A stretch of 64,000 bases of DNA from Candidatus Moanibacter tarae (GCA_003226295.1 CP029803.1:1481477-1545476); one strand, 5' to 3'. Counted from the first letter of the stretch, positions 1 through 11,168 are shown. Notes: generated by a model not told the origin, from the sequence alone. Made by a program: numbers and translations.

Positions 1-152
1 CTGATTTGAGCTGCTCAAAGATCATAAAAACCCAGAGAATTCCTGCTGAAGTACGCACATTTGTCTGTCGTACGAGATATGACTTATAGCAGAATCCTTG
101 ATTGCTCTACTCCACAAAATTTGCAGTCAATCTCTGTATTAGTGACGCCGAA

Positions 153-905
153 TCACCCTCTCCCGATATAGGGCATCTTGGTCGCCATTACAGTCATAAA
201 CTGTACATTCTCTTCAAGAGGAAGACTCGCCATGTACACAACAGCCCGCGCCACGTTATCAACATTCATCTTCGGCTCATTCTCTTGGATCATTGTCACC
301 GGGTTACCCTTTCCCGATCGAAAAGTCCTTTCCACAGCTGCGTTTCCAATATCAATTTGCCCACACGCTATATCATACTTTCGCCCATCGAGAGAAACTG
401 CTTTGGTTAAACCTGTTATGGCATGTTTGGTAGCCGTATAGGGTGCAGAATTCTCTCGCGGAACATGAGCCGAAACGGAACCGTTGTTGATGATACGGCC
501 ACCACAAGGATTCTGATCCTTCATTATCTTGAAGGCTTCCTTGGTGCAAAGAAATGTGCCGGTCAGATTAGTGTCAACAACCGCTTTCCATTGCTCTGTA
601 GTCAAGTCTTCAAAAAGAACCCCCGGAGCACCAATCCCGGCGTTGTTAAACAGCAAATCAAGCCGACCAAAAACTTCCTTTGTTTTGGTGAAGAGTGACT
701 GTATCGACCTAGGATCCGTCACGTCTGTCGGAAAAACAACCGCTCGTTGTCCAGCAGACGCCTCCGCTGCGGTCGATTCCAACAACTCTATCCGGCGTCC
801 TGCTAACATAACCGAATAACCCTCCTCAAGGAGAGCTATTGATGTCCTTTTTCCGATCCCCGAACCTGCTCCTGTTACAACTGCTACCTTACTTACAATA
901 CTCAT
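153..905 (-). CDS. SDR family short-chain dehydrogenase/reductase
   Basis: N-terminal TGAGSGIG Rossmann motif, NNAG, and catalytic YTATK (YxxxK). 250 aa is typical for classical SDRs. Confidence 0.85.
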   Translation of the reverse strand: MSIVSKVAVVTGAGSGIGKRTSIALLEEGYSVMLAGRRIELLESTAAEASAGQRAVVFPTDVTDPRSIQSLFTKTKEVFGRLDLLFNNAGIGAPGVLFEDLTTEQWKAVVDTNLTGTFLCTKEAFKIMKDQNPCGGRIINNGSVSAHVPRENSAPYTATKHAITGLTKAVSLDGRKYDIACGQIDIGNAAVERTFRSGKGNPVTMIQENEPKMNVDNVARAVVYMASLPLEENVQFMTVMATKMPYIGRG

Positions 906-1150
906 CTCTGATACTTCTTTAAAAACTAAGGGTATAAAGAAAATTTCATTATGTTTCCCAGAAATTGGGAATTATTCTATCGACTACTTGAAAAGACAGC
1001 TAATTTAAATCCCAGAGGCAAGAGAGTTCCTGCTTCCTATTGTTTAACCAATTTCCAAATTAATATCTGCCAGCTATTTAGATCCACAGGATACGGCACT
1101 GAAGATATATCGCCAGGCATCAATACCTGAAGCAATCACTACATTTTTTA

Positions 1151-1651
1151 CTAATGGTTCTTCAAGCTTTCATAGAATAAATCCAAAGCTGCGGTCGCAA
1201 AAGCCACCATATTGTCATTTCGCTTTTTAGATTCTGTATTAACTAATATGCTAACCTCGCTCCTACCCGCGAGGCCGATTGCGGAATGCCCCGCTAAATC
1301 CCCATATCGATTCGCATCCGGACCAGCAGCCCCAGTTTCTCCGATTCCCCAGTCAGAACCTAAACTTTTCTTTGCAGCCCGACCTAAATCAATCGCATGC
1401 GCCTCCGTAGCTGGTCGATTGGCCGCCATCTGCGCCTCTGAAATCCCCATCAGGATTCGCTTAGAATCGTGCGTGTAAACCACACCTCCTCCTTTGAAGT
1501 ATGTGGAAGCACCGGGAACAGCCAAAAGCGCCGCCGAGATCAGTCCGCCAGATGAGGACTCCGCCACCGCAATTGTCTCTGATCGGGCCTTAAGAAGCTC
1601 ACTGACCTTGAGGGCTAATGTGCTAATATCACATTCCATGGTATTTCTCAT
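1151..1651 (-). CDS. CinA C-terminal domain protein / nicotinamide-nucleotide amidohydrolase (PncC-like)
   Basis: IAVAESSSGGLISAALLAVPGASTYFKGGGVVYTHDSK matches the CinA/PncC C-terminal domain signature. 166 aa stand-alone domain. Confidence 0.75.
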   Translation of the reverse strand: MRNTMECDISTLALKVSELLKARSETIAVAESSSGGLISAALLAVPGASTYFKGGGVVYTHDSKRILMGISEAQMAANRPATEAHAIDLGRAAKKSLGSDWGIGETGAAGPDANRYGDLAGHSAIGLAGRSEVSILVNTESKKRNDNMVAFATAALDLFYESLKNH

Positions 1652-1771
1652 TCGAAGTTGAAAAAACTAAAATGACTGCTGAATAAATCAAAGGAAGCTA
1701 AAGTTTAAGCCATTTATGTAAATTCGTTTTATTATAATTTTATCCATTTCAGGAACCGGCCCGAACAAGCA

Positions 1772-2311
1772 TCATTTCTCGAGAATAACCGCCTGTGGTC
1801 TCCAGGTCTCTGGATGTCCTTTGATTCCGTGACCCATGACTTCGATCCAAAATGGTATTACTTTGATCAGAAGATAATCCTTGGGATATTGCGGCCAGAA
1901 TTTTTTAAGATCCTCCTCCGCGAAGAAATTCTCCTTTTCTTTTGTCGGAAAATCATTGTGTAGGGTGGCTCGTCCCATCAGCGAAACATAGCTCGATGTC
2001 TCGTCATTATTAAAATATAGCGTGACTCTATTATTTGCCAGAATCTGATTTACCTTTCGTGTCGACGGACGAGTAGCGATCCAGATCGTCATTCCCTCCT
2101 TCGGAGCCGATCCACGTACTGTGCGTACCCGAGGGTGTCCTTCCTCGTCAATCGTAATTAGAGCGCAATTTGGATCCCCAGCGATGATCTCTCTCGCCGC
2201 CCTTAGAATGGTCGCCTCACTGGCTTCCTGAAACAGCTCCCCTCTACATTCACAAGCCGCAACTGTGAAGAAACAAATTAAAATAATCTTGATATCAGAT
2301 CGATTGAACAT
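1772..2311 (-). CDS. pyridoxamine 5'-phosphate oxidase-like FMN-binding split-barrel protein with N-terminal signal peptide
   Basis: Hydrophobic N-terminus (IILICFFTVAACEC). Central region resembles the PNPOx-like/general stress protein 26 fold (ITIDEEGHPRVRTV...IWIATRPSTRK). Confidence 0.45.
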   Translation of the reverse strand: MFNRSDIKIILICFFTVAACECRGELFQEASEATILRAAREIIAGDPNCALITIDEEGHPRVRTVRGSAPKEGMTIWIATRPSTRKVNQILANNRVTLYFNNDETSSYVSLMGRATLHNDFPTKEKENFFAEEDLKKFWPQYPKDYLLIKVIPFWIEVMGHGIKGHPETWRPQAVILEK

Positions 2312-2482
2312 AGGCCTATCCTCCGGTCATTCATTTAACTATGTCACAATACCAGACTCCTTTCAATGGCCAAACACTGGAAACCACGGAAATTGAATTA
2401 GTAGAACTAGTACGGAGCTAGGATTTTCAATTCCACTTGAGTTGGGGGGCCGATTTTAAAATCTAAAAGAATACTTTAAGAA

Positions 2483-3625
2483 ATGAAAATTATTGATGTA
2501 AAAACCTACCTCACCGGCCAGGCTTGGCCCGACAGAGAAGGAGTACGGAATTTCCTCTTTGTCCGAATTTACACTGATGAGGGAATCACCGGAATCGGGG
2601 AAGCTTCATCCCTTCCTGCAATAGAGGCAGAGATAAGAAACAAGGGGGCACTCATTATCGGTGAAGACCCGTTTCAAATCCAAAAATTGTGGAGTAAAAT
2701 GTATCTTCAATCTCACTTTATGACTGGAATTGCCAGCGGCGGTGCGATCTCAGCAATCGAGATGGCACTCTGGGACATCAAGGGGAAAGCTCTAGGACAA
2801 CCAATCTGGAATCTTCTTGGAGGAAAAATGCGTGACAAAGTACGGGCCTATACTCATGCCAATACTCCAGAACAGGCGAGAGCCTTTGTCGACCAGGGCT
2901 ACACTGGCCTCAAGATGGGAGGGATCGAACAAGCAGTCCAACGAGTCAAGGACATGAGGGAAGAAGTCGGAGATGACATAGATATTATGGCTGATCTTCA
3001 TGGCCCACCGTGGATGACCACTTCTGACGCTATCTCAGTCGGGAAAGCAATCGAGGATTACGGCCTGCTCTTCTACGAAGAACCTGTGGCACCGGAAAAT
3101 ATTGAGGCCTTATCCCGTATCCAAAATTCGGTCAACATTCCACTCGCTTCAGGAGAACGTCTGGCCTATATCTACGCAGCTCGTGAACTAATCGAGCGGG
3201 AGATTGTCGATATAATTCAGCCTGATGCCGGTCGTTTTGGTGGCCTTTCACAGATGATGAAACTGGCTGCCATGGCCGAAGCACACTACATTCAAATGGC
3301 ACCTCATGACGGTTCTCTCGGCCCTGTAGGGGAAATCGCCTCCATCCACCTCTGTGCGTCAATACCGAATTTCCTCATTTGGGAACACCGGACGGGAGAT
3401 GTCCCGCTTCGCTACGAGGTAATGCAACCACAACCAGAAGTTTTCGATAGTCATATTATCGTGCCGAACTTACCCGGACTTGGTGTCGACCTCATCGATG
3501 AAGTCATGTTGGCCAACCCTGGTGATTTCACTCCTGGAGGTCACGCTACTAACAACAAGCACGAATACCGTTTTGTTTATCCCCAGCCACGACGTGCCAA
3601 CTGGTTGAAGGGGAAAATCCAGTGA
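2483..3625 (+). CDS. enolase-superfamily dehydratase (mandelate racemase/muconate lactonizing family, galactonate dehydratase-like)
   Basis: MKIIDVKTYLTG...FVRIYTDEGITGIGEA N-terminal capping domain and the barrel region with EEP metal-ligand context. 380 aa. Confidence 0.8.
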   Translation: MKIIDVKTYLTGQAWPDREGVRNFLFVRIYTDEGITGIGEASSLPAIEAEIRNKGALIIGEDPFQIQKLWSKMYLQSHFMTGIASGGAISAIEMALWDIKGKALGQPIWNLLGGKMRDKVRAYTHANTPEQARAFVDQGYTGLKMGGIEQAVQRVKDMREEVGDDIDIMADLHGPPWMTTSDAISVGKAIEDYGLLFYEEPVAPENIEALSRIQNSVNIPLASGERLAYIYAARELIEREIVDIIQPDAGRFGGLSQMMKLAAMAEAHYIQMAPHDGSLGPVGEIASIHLCASIPNFLIWEHRTGDVPLRYEVMQPQPEVFDSHIIVPNLPGLGVDLIDEVMLANPGDFTPGGHATNNKHEYRFVYPQPRRANWLKGKIQ

Positions 3626-3724
3626 TCGTCAAAGAATTTCCTTCTCTAGGAAGGTTTCCTTTGGGGAACCAGCTGGCTAACTGAAACAGCAGAAAATCAC
3701 AGCCTCAATTTAGGAGTTAATTGA

Positions 3725-4414
3725 TTAAGACTTATAATCATTCCGGTTTTCAGTGCCATCGAGCAGCTCTACTACCCGGTGGAGTATCTCATGGGCCACC
3801 TCGATTTTTCTCATCAGCGGCAGCGCTTCCTTTTTGCCCGAAGGATACAAGATCGTAATGCGATTAGTATCAACACCGAAACCAGCATCTGAAGAGGAAA
3901 CGTCATTTGCACAAATGAAGGACAAGCGTTTATGCTTCAGTTTGTCCCGAGCATTTTTCAGGATGTTCTCAGTCTCAGCAGCAAATCCAATCTTGATGAA
4001 AGTATCCGGTAATTCCAAAAGAAAGTCCGCATTTTTAACGAATTCCAACTTTAGATTTTCACCGTCCTTCTTTATTTTATGAGTTCGCGGCTCAGCGATC
4101 CGATAATCAGCAACCGCGGCTGCCATCAGAAGTACATCCGCTGATTTGCATGCCGAGAGAACGGTCTTTCGCATTTCCATCGTTGTCTCGACTTCGCATA
4201 CCTGACCGTAACCTTCATACTTTGGAGGGAGCACAGTTGTAATCAACGTTACTTGTGCCCCACGCTCGCAGGCAGCCTCTGCAAGAGCAAATCCCATCTT
4301 CCCCGAGGACCTGTTCCCAACAAATCGAACTGGATCAATTGGTTCTCGTGTCCCACCTGCCGTCACTACAATTTTGCGTCCTAATAGATCCATTCTATTA
4401 CCTTTTAGTCCCAA
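3725..4414 (-). CDS. coaB: phosphopantothenate--cysteine ligase (stand-alone CoaB domain)
   Basis: VTAGGTREPIDPVRFVGNRSSGKMGFALAEAACERGAQVTLI matches the DFP/CoaB signature. Only 229 aa, with no fused CoaC flavoprotein domain. Confidence 0.75.
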   Translation of the reverse strand: MGLKGNRMDLLGRKIVVTAGGTREPIDPVRFVGNRSSGKMGFALAEAACERGAQVTLITTVLPPKYEGYGQVCEVETTMEMRKTVLSACKSADVLLMAAAVADYRIAEPRTHKIKKDGENLKLEFVKNADFLLELPDTFIKIGFAAETENILKNARDKLKHKRLSFICANDVSSSDAGFGVDTNRITILYPSGKKEALPLMRKIEVAHEILHRVVELLDGTENRNDYKS

Positions 4415-4938
4415 CTAACAGAATACCTTGGAAAACTACCATTTTATCGGTATCTAATCATTACTTTTCAGCAGTGCGTCAATACCCCTAAACAACCCTA
4501 ATGTAGATAATGGGTTTCTCCCCTCTCGGTTATAAATTAGACTACCCGACCCAAAGTAGTGAGGATGAAATGAATTTCAATCTACCGCAAGAACGTAGGA
4601 CGCAAAGATCGGCGAAAACATTCGTCCTTTAATAGTAATTGTACTGATTTTGACCAGTCAGAAAAATTTTACTCCTCTCAAAATCTGAGACAGAAACAGG
4701 GATTACCACAATGTCGTACAAATCCATAGTAGCCTTTTCCTTTAAGAAGTTATGCGGAATTAAAAAGAGAGTGTGCCCTAAAGCACGAAAAGATAGCAGT
4801 GGCCTAAATTCCGCACTAGGGAAATACTATCTAGCGGCAAAAATATTGCTTATTTCAGTTGCGGACCGAAAACGTTAATTGTCTGATGGTACCGGTTCCC
4901 CTTTAGATCTAACCACATAATCAAAAAAAGAAAATTAT

Positions 4939-5964
4939 TTGATGAAAATTGGAAACTGGGAGTCAGCCGAATCTATGCCGATGTTATATCGGGAGCTTCG
5001 GGAATTAGGACTTGAAACAAATATTGCTGAATTGGAAGCTTTTGGCTTTACAGTCGTCCCACCCGAAAAAGTAGCTCCACCGGAATTTCTCGAAGCAGCG
5101 AAAAAGGCGCTTCTTCGAATCGTTTCCGATCGTTTCGGGTCGATTGAGCAATCAGGCAACTTATGGAATGAAAGTAATGAGAATATCAGGTTTATCTTAT
5201 GGGACGATCCTATATTCGAAAAGGTAGTTCTTCTCCCCGCTATTTTAGGATTGGCAGAGTACCTCATAGGTACAAATTGCACACTCAGCCTATTCGATGG
5301 GTGGATGGCCGGCCCTGGCAAACTTCATACCCAGGTTCATTGTGACTGGACGGATCCGACCCGCCGGACGTTCCCTCCCGAATCGAATCATGTTAATACT
5401 AACTACCTTCTGACTGACTATTCCATAGAAAACGGGTGCCTCGGATTCATCCCCGGTAGTCATAGGTGGCAAAGAGGACCATCTCCAGAAGAAGGTAAAG
5501 TCTGGGCGGACAAGCTTCATCCTGTCGAAGCGCCGGCCGGTTCCGCCCTTATCTTCGGGGATCATGTGTGGCACGGTTCATTTCCCAGAAAAGTCCCAGG
5601 ACACCGGATGATGATCTTATCTGAATATTCCCGACCCCGACTCCAAATGCAGGAACCTTTCAGAGAATCTGTCACTCAGGAGATTTTGGATCGAAACCCC
5701 ATCCGCTTCAGTGGTCTCATGGATATCTACGGGATGTTCCCCTTCGGCAAAAACGACCGACCCTTGGAAAGATCGGAACTTGGCCCACCTGGTACTGGAG
5801 GGGCTTCAAGCGCGGATCGATACTGTAGCCTTTTTGACAATGAGCCAGCCGCCGGCCGTACTTCCCTTAGACCCCACATCGAGTACTATAAGCACGACGG
5901 GTTAATGCGAAGGGAGCGAAATAGAAAATTTGAAGAGGCCAAGAAGGATTGGAAATTCCGTTAA
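4939..5964 (+). CDS. phytanoyl-CoA dioxygenase (PhyH) family Fe(II)/2-oxoglutarate-dependent oxygenase
   Basis: HCDWTD (HxD) followed by GFIPGSHRW and a distal HVWHGS, the facial-triad pattern of the PhyH family. Confidence 0.6.
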   Translation: MMKIGNWESAESMPMLYRELRELGLETNIAELEAFGFTVVPPEKVAPPEFLEAAKKALLRIVSDRFGSIEQSGNLWNESNENIRFILWDDPIFEKVVLLPAILGLAEYLIGTNCTLSLFDGWMAGPGKLHTQVHCDWTDPTRRTFPPESNHVNTNYLLTDYSIENGCLGFIPGSHRWQRGPSPEEGKVWADKLHPVEAPAGSALIFGDHVWHGSFPRKVPGHRMMILSEYSRPRLQMQEPFRESVTQEILDRNPIRFSGLMDIYGMFPFGKNDRPLERSELGPPGTGGASSADRYCSLFDNEPAAGRTSLRPHIEYYKHDGLMRRERNRKFEEAKKDWKFR

Positions 5965-6264
5965 CGATCAAGTACTGACGGACTATATACTTGGGCATAC
6001 GAAACCTGAAGAATAACTGAAACCTTCAGCTTAGATCCTCGCGCCTCGGTATTTCTCTTACAGTCCATGTTCTGCACCCCCGTCAAGGGAAGTTACTACC
6101 AACAGCAATTTTTTGACCTTAGGTTGTCTTGCCCATTTTAATCAAAAGATCTTCCGACAACCTCTCCAATATTAAACCCCTTCTCTTGTTTTATTGTCAC
6201 ACCAAAGACTCAACTAGATTGAAATCCCCAAGGACCCTTGAAGCGCAACCCTCCTCCGATCACT

Positions 6265-7200
6265 TTAACCTATCGCGTCGAAAAGCATGTCAAGAAACCC
6301 TTGCCTCGAGACTTTCGTGACAATTTCCACGTTAAGCGGTTTTCCCGGGACCTCCAAGTGATTTACAACAGTCTGTCCGCGAAACACCTCGTCAGTGGCA
6401 ATGTCCACACGACATACTTTCGACTCCTCCACAATATCGGGCTTTAAAGCCACTGCCATAGCAATCGGATCAGGCAGATTGAACCAACCCGTATTTAATC
6501 TTTTCTTCATCACTTCGATCTTTGATGTCTGAATATCGGCACAAAATAGAGCCAAAGGCGTACCTACTGAACGAAGCCGTTCGTAGTCCTCCCTGCCAAA
6601 ATACGCAAACTCGCCAGCAATCTCCCAACCCACCATCTTAAGCCGCATACCTGAATTGAATACGGCATTTGCCGCTTCTGGATCGACCCATATATTAAAC
6701 TCAGCCACCGAGGTAATGTTTCCAGGCCCCCTTCCGGTTCCTCCCATTATGACGCATTCCACGACACGTTCGGCAATTTCTGGACACAGCCGTAACGCTG
6801 CGGCAATATTAGTTAGGGGCCCCAGGGTCACCAAAAACATCTCCTTTCCTCCTCTCATCAAGCGCGAACAGAGTTCGTTAACCGCATGTCCTTGATTAGG
6901 TTCTCGTCCTTTTAATGGCAACCCAATATCCCCCATCCCATCGGCCCCATGAACTTCTTGCGCAGTTTGAAGAGGCCGTAAAAACGGTTTCGCATATCCT
7001 GCGTAAATCGGCGCCCGACACATACACAGTTCTAGCGTATAAAGCGCATTCTGGACTCCTTGTTCCAGAGGGACATTTCCCGCCACCACAGTAACAGCAT
7101 CAATCTTTAAATCAGGATGTTTCGCGGCCATTACCAAGGCTACCGCATCATCTGAACCCGTGTCTGTATCGATAATTACCGTTCTCATAGCATAAACCAT
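6265..7200 (-). CDS. inosine-uridine-preferring nucleoside hydrolase family protein
   Basis: N-terminal IIDTDTGSDDAVAL aspartate cluster (DxDxxxDD). About 310 aa. Confidence 0.85.
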   Translation of the reverse strand: MVYAMRTVIIDTDTGSDDAVALVMAAKHPDLKIDAVTVVAGNVPLEQGVQNALYTLELCMCRAPIYAGYAKPFLRPLQTAQEVHGADGMGDIGLPLKGREPNQGHAVNELCSRLMRGGKEMFLVTLGPLTNIAAALRLCPEIAERVVECVIMGGTGRGPGNITSVAEFNIWVDPEAANAVFNSGMRLKMVGWEIAGEFAYFGREDYERLRSVGTPLALFCADIQTSKIEVMKKRLNTGWFNLPDPIAMAVALKPDIVEESKVCRVDIATDEVFRGQTVVNHLEVPGKPLNVEIVTKVSRQGFLDMLFDAIG

Positions 7201-7301
7201 ACAAACGAATTAGCTAATGACCAAAATATTGTGCCCCTAGGGCTGTTTATTTAAACAAACTTTCTATTGCGGGAACCATACCGGCTGTCACCCTTATCTA
7301 A

Positions 7302-8057
7302 ATGAAAATTCGCCCTTTATCTATTTTTCCCTATATCGTTGCTACATTCCTTACTTTTAATTCAGCGATACAGGGAGCTCTGGCTCCTGTCCATATGATG
7401 CAACCCGACTATCCGGATGAGCTGATGAGTACAGGGTTCGAGGGGGATGCGACATTAAAAGTCACTGTGACTACTGAGGGAACGGTGGGGAAATGCGAAG
7501 TCATATCTAGCGATCATGAACTATTGGGCATAGCGGCCAAAGAAGCAGTTCAGCAATGGATCTTTACTCCTCACGAAGTGGGTGGGAAGCCTGTGGAAAA
7601 AGAAGTTCAGATTCCATTTAAATTTCGTCTATCGGAAAAGCAAAGGGCCGCTCTCAAATTGAAGAAGCTTAACGCACTTTTTGGAAGAGAAGTTTTCCAA
7701 CCTCTAGATCCAAGTATCGAGATTATTGTTGCCGAAGATCTATCAGAGAATCCGCGTCCTACTATACCCATTATTCCCATCTATCCCCAGGAACTGAGAG
7801 GCAGCGGGAAAAAGGGTAAAGTGGTGTTGAAGTTCTACCTGGACGGAGAAGGTAAAGTAATCAACCCTTCAGTCCTCAGTTCGAGCGATCCTGCTTTTGA
7901 ACCCAATGCACTTGCTTCACTTATCAGAGGCGAATATGAACAACAGAAATGGGGAGAACAACCGATCTATGTTGAAATGCAGTGTTCCGTAGAATTTCTC
8001 GAACCGGCAAAAGAAGAGCTCAAGATTGAGGCCGAGAAAGAAGAGAACAGTAAATGA
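7302..8057 (+). CDS. secreted TonB C-terminal-domain-containing protein (two TonB_C-like repeats, no Pro-rich or TM anchor)
   Basis: Signal-peptide-like N-terminus. Two segments resemble the TonB C-terminal fold: GKCEVISS...GKPVEKEVQIPFKFRL and GKKGKVVLKFYLDGEGKV. Confidence 0.45.
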   Translation: MKIRPLSIFPYIVATFLTFNSAIQGALAPVHMMQPDYPDELMSTGFEGDATLKVTVTTEGTVGKCEVISSDHELLGIAAKEAVQQWIFTPHEVGGKPVEKEVQIPFKFRLSEKQRAALKLKKLNALFGREVFQPLDPSIEIIVAEDLSENPRPTIPIIPIYPQELRGSGKKGKVVLKFYLDGEGKVINPSVLSSSDPAFEPNALASLIRGEYEQQKWGEQPIYVEMQCSVEFLEPAKEELKIEAEKEENSK

Positions 8058-8288
8058 TAAATGATGATGGAGCCATACTTAGGTATTGTCCGACCTTCTA
8101 GTCACTATCTTTATTTTTCTGTTTATCACCCATTGATGACTTCTTTCCCGATCGACTTCAATTAACACCTAGAAGATTACGTTAATAACGATAAAAAAGA
8201 TGATCCAAAAACAACATACGGGTTCTGTTGTAAACAACGACTAATTTGTATTATTAAATGGATAAACACCCTATTACTTGATTGAGAT

Positions 8289-9101
8289 ATGAAACCTAGT
8301 GAAATGTTTGATCTGTCGGGGAAATTCGCGCTGGTATCTGGAGCGGCTAGTGGAATGGGGCGTGCTACTTCACTAGCCTTGTCTGAAGCAGGAGCAACTC
8401 TGATGTTGGCTGACATCAACGAGGAAGAAATGAATAAAACGGCTAAAGATATAAGTGACTTGGGGGGACATGCGGTTCCAGTAAAATGTGATGTATCAAG
8501 ACCCGATCAAATCCTTTCCATGTTTGAAATACTAGACGGTGAGTTTGGGAAAATCGACTTTCTGGGCAACATAGCAGGTGAGGGCTTACGTGGTAAGCCG
8601 GAAGATGTTTCGCTCGACGACATCGAGCAATCCTGGAGAAATCTTGTCTATGGTCGTTTCTGCTGTTGTCAAGAGGCGGGAAGACGCATGCTTGTTTCGG
8701 GTTGTGGTAGTATCGTAAACGTTGGTTCGCTGGCCAGTGTAACCGCTCTGGGCCGCGGCCACATTCCGTATAGCATGGCGATGGGAGCGGTTGTGCAAAT
8801 GACGCGCGAACTAAGTACGGAGTGGGCAGGTAGAGGCGTACGGGTCAACGCGATCCTACCAGCCCAGGTATTGAACCCGGGGCTTCAGGAACGGATTAGA
8901 TCTGATGCTCGTATTAAAGAGAAATTTCTTAGCGGGATACCAAGGGGTCGGTTTGGCCAACCTGACGACATTCGAGGGCTTGCAGTTCTTTTGGCGTCTG
9001 ATGCCTCGTCGTGGATAACAGGCGCCTTAATCCCAATGGATGGCGGCAACCTAGCTATGAATGCAGGGGGCTCCGTCGGAACTGAAGTATTCATCGAGTA
9101 G
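8289..9101 (+). CDS. SDR family oxidoreductase
   Basis: LVSGAASGMGRA Rossmann motif, NIAG, and YSMAMGA (Yxxx[K/M] region). Directly upstream of the E1/E2 genes. Confidence 0.8.
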   Translation: MKPSEMFDLSGKFALVSGAASGMGRATSLALSEAGATLMLADINEEEMNKTAKDISDLGGHAVPVKCDVSRPDQILSMFEILDGEFGKIDFLGNIAGEGLRGKPEDVSLDDIEQSWRNLVYGRFCCCQEAGRRMLVSGCGSIVNVGSLASVTALGRGHIPYSMAMGAVVQMTRELSTEWAGRGVRVNAILPAQVLNPGLQERIRSDARIKEKFLSGIPRGRFGQPDDIRGLAVLLASDASSWITGALIPMDGGNLAMNAGGSVGTEVFIE

Positions 9102-9173
9102 AAACATATTGATTTTGAAACAAAACCATTTCTGCCAAAAAAGACCAATGCTACCAAAACTGATTCATTAAAA

Positions 9174-11168
9174 GTGAAACCAGCACCCAAAGGCCTCAAC
9201 AATACGTCGTACCTCTCACTCTATCGGAACATGCAGCTGATTCGACGGTCCGAACTTCGGTTAGCAAGATCTCATCAGCAAGGGCTGGTCCATGGAGCAT
9301 GTCATACCTATGTGGGGGAAGAAGCAATTGCTTGTGGAGTCTGTGCCCACTTGCGCCTGGATGACATTATATTCAGTACTCACCGTGGTCACGGTCACGC
9401 ACTGGCTAAGGGCCTAGAACCAAAAGAGCTGATGGCAGAACTCTATGGCCGCGATACCGGGTGTTCTCGAGGGCGAGGCGGTAGTATGCATTTATTCAAG
9501 CCTGAAATCGGGTTAATGGGAACAAGTGGAATCGTAGGCCCTTGCATCCTACAAGCCTGTGGAGGTGGCTATAGTTTTAAAATCCTAAGAACCGATCAAG
9601 TGGCAGTCGCATTTTTCGGCGACGGTGCAGTTAATAATGGTGCGTTCCACGAAGGCCTCAATATGGCGGCTATTTGGAAGCTCCCGGTCATTTTCGTGTG
9701 TGAGAACAACGAATTCGCCACCGAAGTGGCATTCGAATACGCAAGCGGCATTCCAGACGTTGGACGCCGGGCAAAAAACTATGGATTACCCGGATTTGAA
9801 GTCGATGGGAACGATGTTGCTGAAGTTCATCGGATTGCTGGTGATGCTGTCCAACGAGCCAGGGCGGGCGAAGGAGCCACTCTCATTGAATGCAAGACCT
9901 ACCGCACTCGCGCCCATGCTGAAGGAATGGTCGATTTTACCTATCGGACACGAGATGAAGTGGACAGGTGGAAAACACGCTGTCCAATCGAACGGCTCCG
10001 AAACTCGATCATAGAAAACATTACAGACGCACAATCAGCATTGGACGAAATTGACGAAGAGATTAATGAAATTGTTGATCAATCCCACTCTTTTGCAGAA
10101 AAAAGCGCCTTTCCCGATAGTGCAACTGCAAAGGATCACGTCTATTCGAAGCCAGAAGTCGTTACAGCAACAAAAGAATCTCCCATAGGCACCCGGGAGA
10201 AGACGTACGTCGACGCTACTTTGGAGGCGTTGGATTTTGCCATGGCCCAAGACGAAACAATCTTTGTAATGGGACAAGGAATCGGGAAACGAGGTGGCAA
10301 CTTTGCGACTACTCTTGGATTATTTGATAAATATGGAGCGGATCGTCTGTGTGACACGCCACTTTGTGAGCGAGGATTTGTCGGACTGGGTTGTGGAGCC
10401 GCTGTATCAGGCACACGACCGGTAATTGATTGCATGTTCATTGACTTTATCAACGATTCCTTCGGCGAGCTCGTCAACCAAATCGCAAAAATGCAGTACA
10501 TGAGCAGCGGTCGTTTAAGAGTGCCAATAATTTTGAGAGGTTGTATTGGTGTCGGTCATTCAGCAGCCACCCATCACTCGGGTAGCTACCATTCGATTTA
10601 CGCTCACATTCCCGGCTTACGGGTAGTCCTTCCCTCAACACCCTTTGATGCAAAGGGACTCTTTGCACATGCCCTACGATCTTGGGATCCAGTACTTTTT
10701 CTCGAACACCGAGAACTAATGGCAACGAAAGGTCCCGTTCCTGAGGAATGGTACGAGATACCGTTCGGGGAAGGGGTAGTAGCACAAGAAGGAACGGATG
10801 TCACAGTGGTGGCATTTGCATTGATGTGTCGGCACGCTCTAAAGGCAGCGGAGCGATTGTCCAAAGATCACATATCGGTTGAAGTAATCGACCCACGAAC
10901 TGCTTCGCCTCTCGACCTTGGGATAATTTTGGATTCGGTAAATAAAACGGGACGAATTCTAGTGATAGATGAAGCATTCGGTCCGTGTGGGATCGCTTCA
11001 GAAATTGCAGCACGAGTTTCAGAAAAAGGCTTCAACGACCTAGATGCTCCAGTTAAATGTCTAACTGGAGATTTCACTCCTACCCCGTACAGTCCGAGTC
11101 TCGAAGCCGCAGTAGTACCGAACGTAGATCATATTGAAAACTCAATTCGACAACTAATCAACGAATAG
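9174..11168 (+). CDS. fused E1 alpha/beta subunit of a TPP-dependent 2-oxoacid (pyruvate/acetoin/branched-chain) dehydrogenase
   Basis: N-terminal half carries the E1-alpha TPP motifs (HRGHGH, GDGAVNNGAFHEGLN). C-terminal half carries the E1-beta transketolase-like region (TYVDATLEALDFAMAQDETIFVMGQGIG...). The GTG start overlaps nothing, and the stop overlaps the E2 start. Confidence 0.9.
   Translation: MKPAPKGLNNTSYLSLYRNMQLIRRSELRLARSHQQGLVHGACHTYVGEEAIACGVCAHLRLDDIIFSTHRGHGHALAKGLEPKELMAELYGRDTGCSRGRGGSMHLFKPEIGLMGTSGIVGPCILQACGGGYSFKILRTDQVAVAFFGDGAVNNGAFHEGLNMAAIWKLPVIFVCENNEFATEVAFEYASGIPDVGRRAKNYGLPGFEVDGNDVAEVHRIAGDAVQRARAGEGATLIECKTYRTRAHAEGMVDFTYRTRDEVDRWKTRCPIERLRNSIIENITDAQSALDEIDEEINEIVDQSHSFAEKSAFPDSATAKDHVYSKPEVVTATKESPIGTREKTYVDATLEALDFAMAQDETIFVMGQGIGKRGGNFATTLGLFDKYGADRLCDTPLCERGFVGLGCGAAVSGTRPVIDCMFIDFINDSFGELVNQIAKMQYMSSGRLRVPIILRGCIGVGHSAATHHSGSYHSIYAHIPGLRVVLPSTPFDAKGLFAHALRSWDPVLFLEHRELMATKGPVPEEWYEIPFGEGVVAQEGTDVTVVAFALMCRHALKAAERLSKDHISVEVIDPRTASPLDLGIILDSVNKTGRILVIDEAFGPCGIASEIAARVSEKGFNDLDAPVKCLTGDFTPTPYSPSLEAAVVPNVDHIENSIRQLINE

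Noticed and set aside
102-819. Plus-strand ORFs (102-410, 178-441, 423-698, 529-819) at the window start
   Set aside because: All are antisense to the SDR gene at 153-905, whose translation carries complete SDR motifs.
9625-11077. Internal or antisense ORFs within the E1 alpha/beta gene
   Set aside because: They overlap a continuous 664-aa ORF with unambiguous TPP-enzyme motifs. They are shadow frames.
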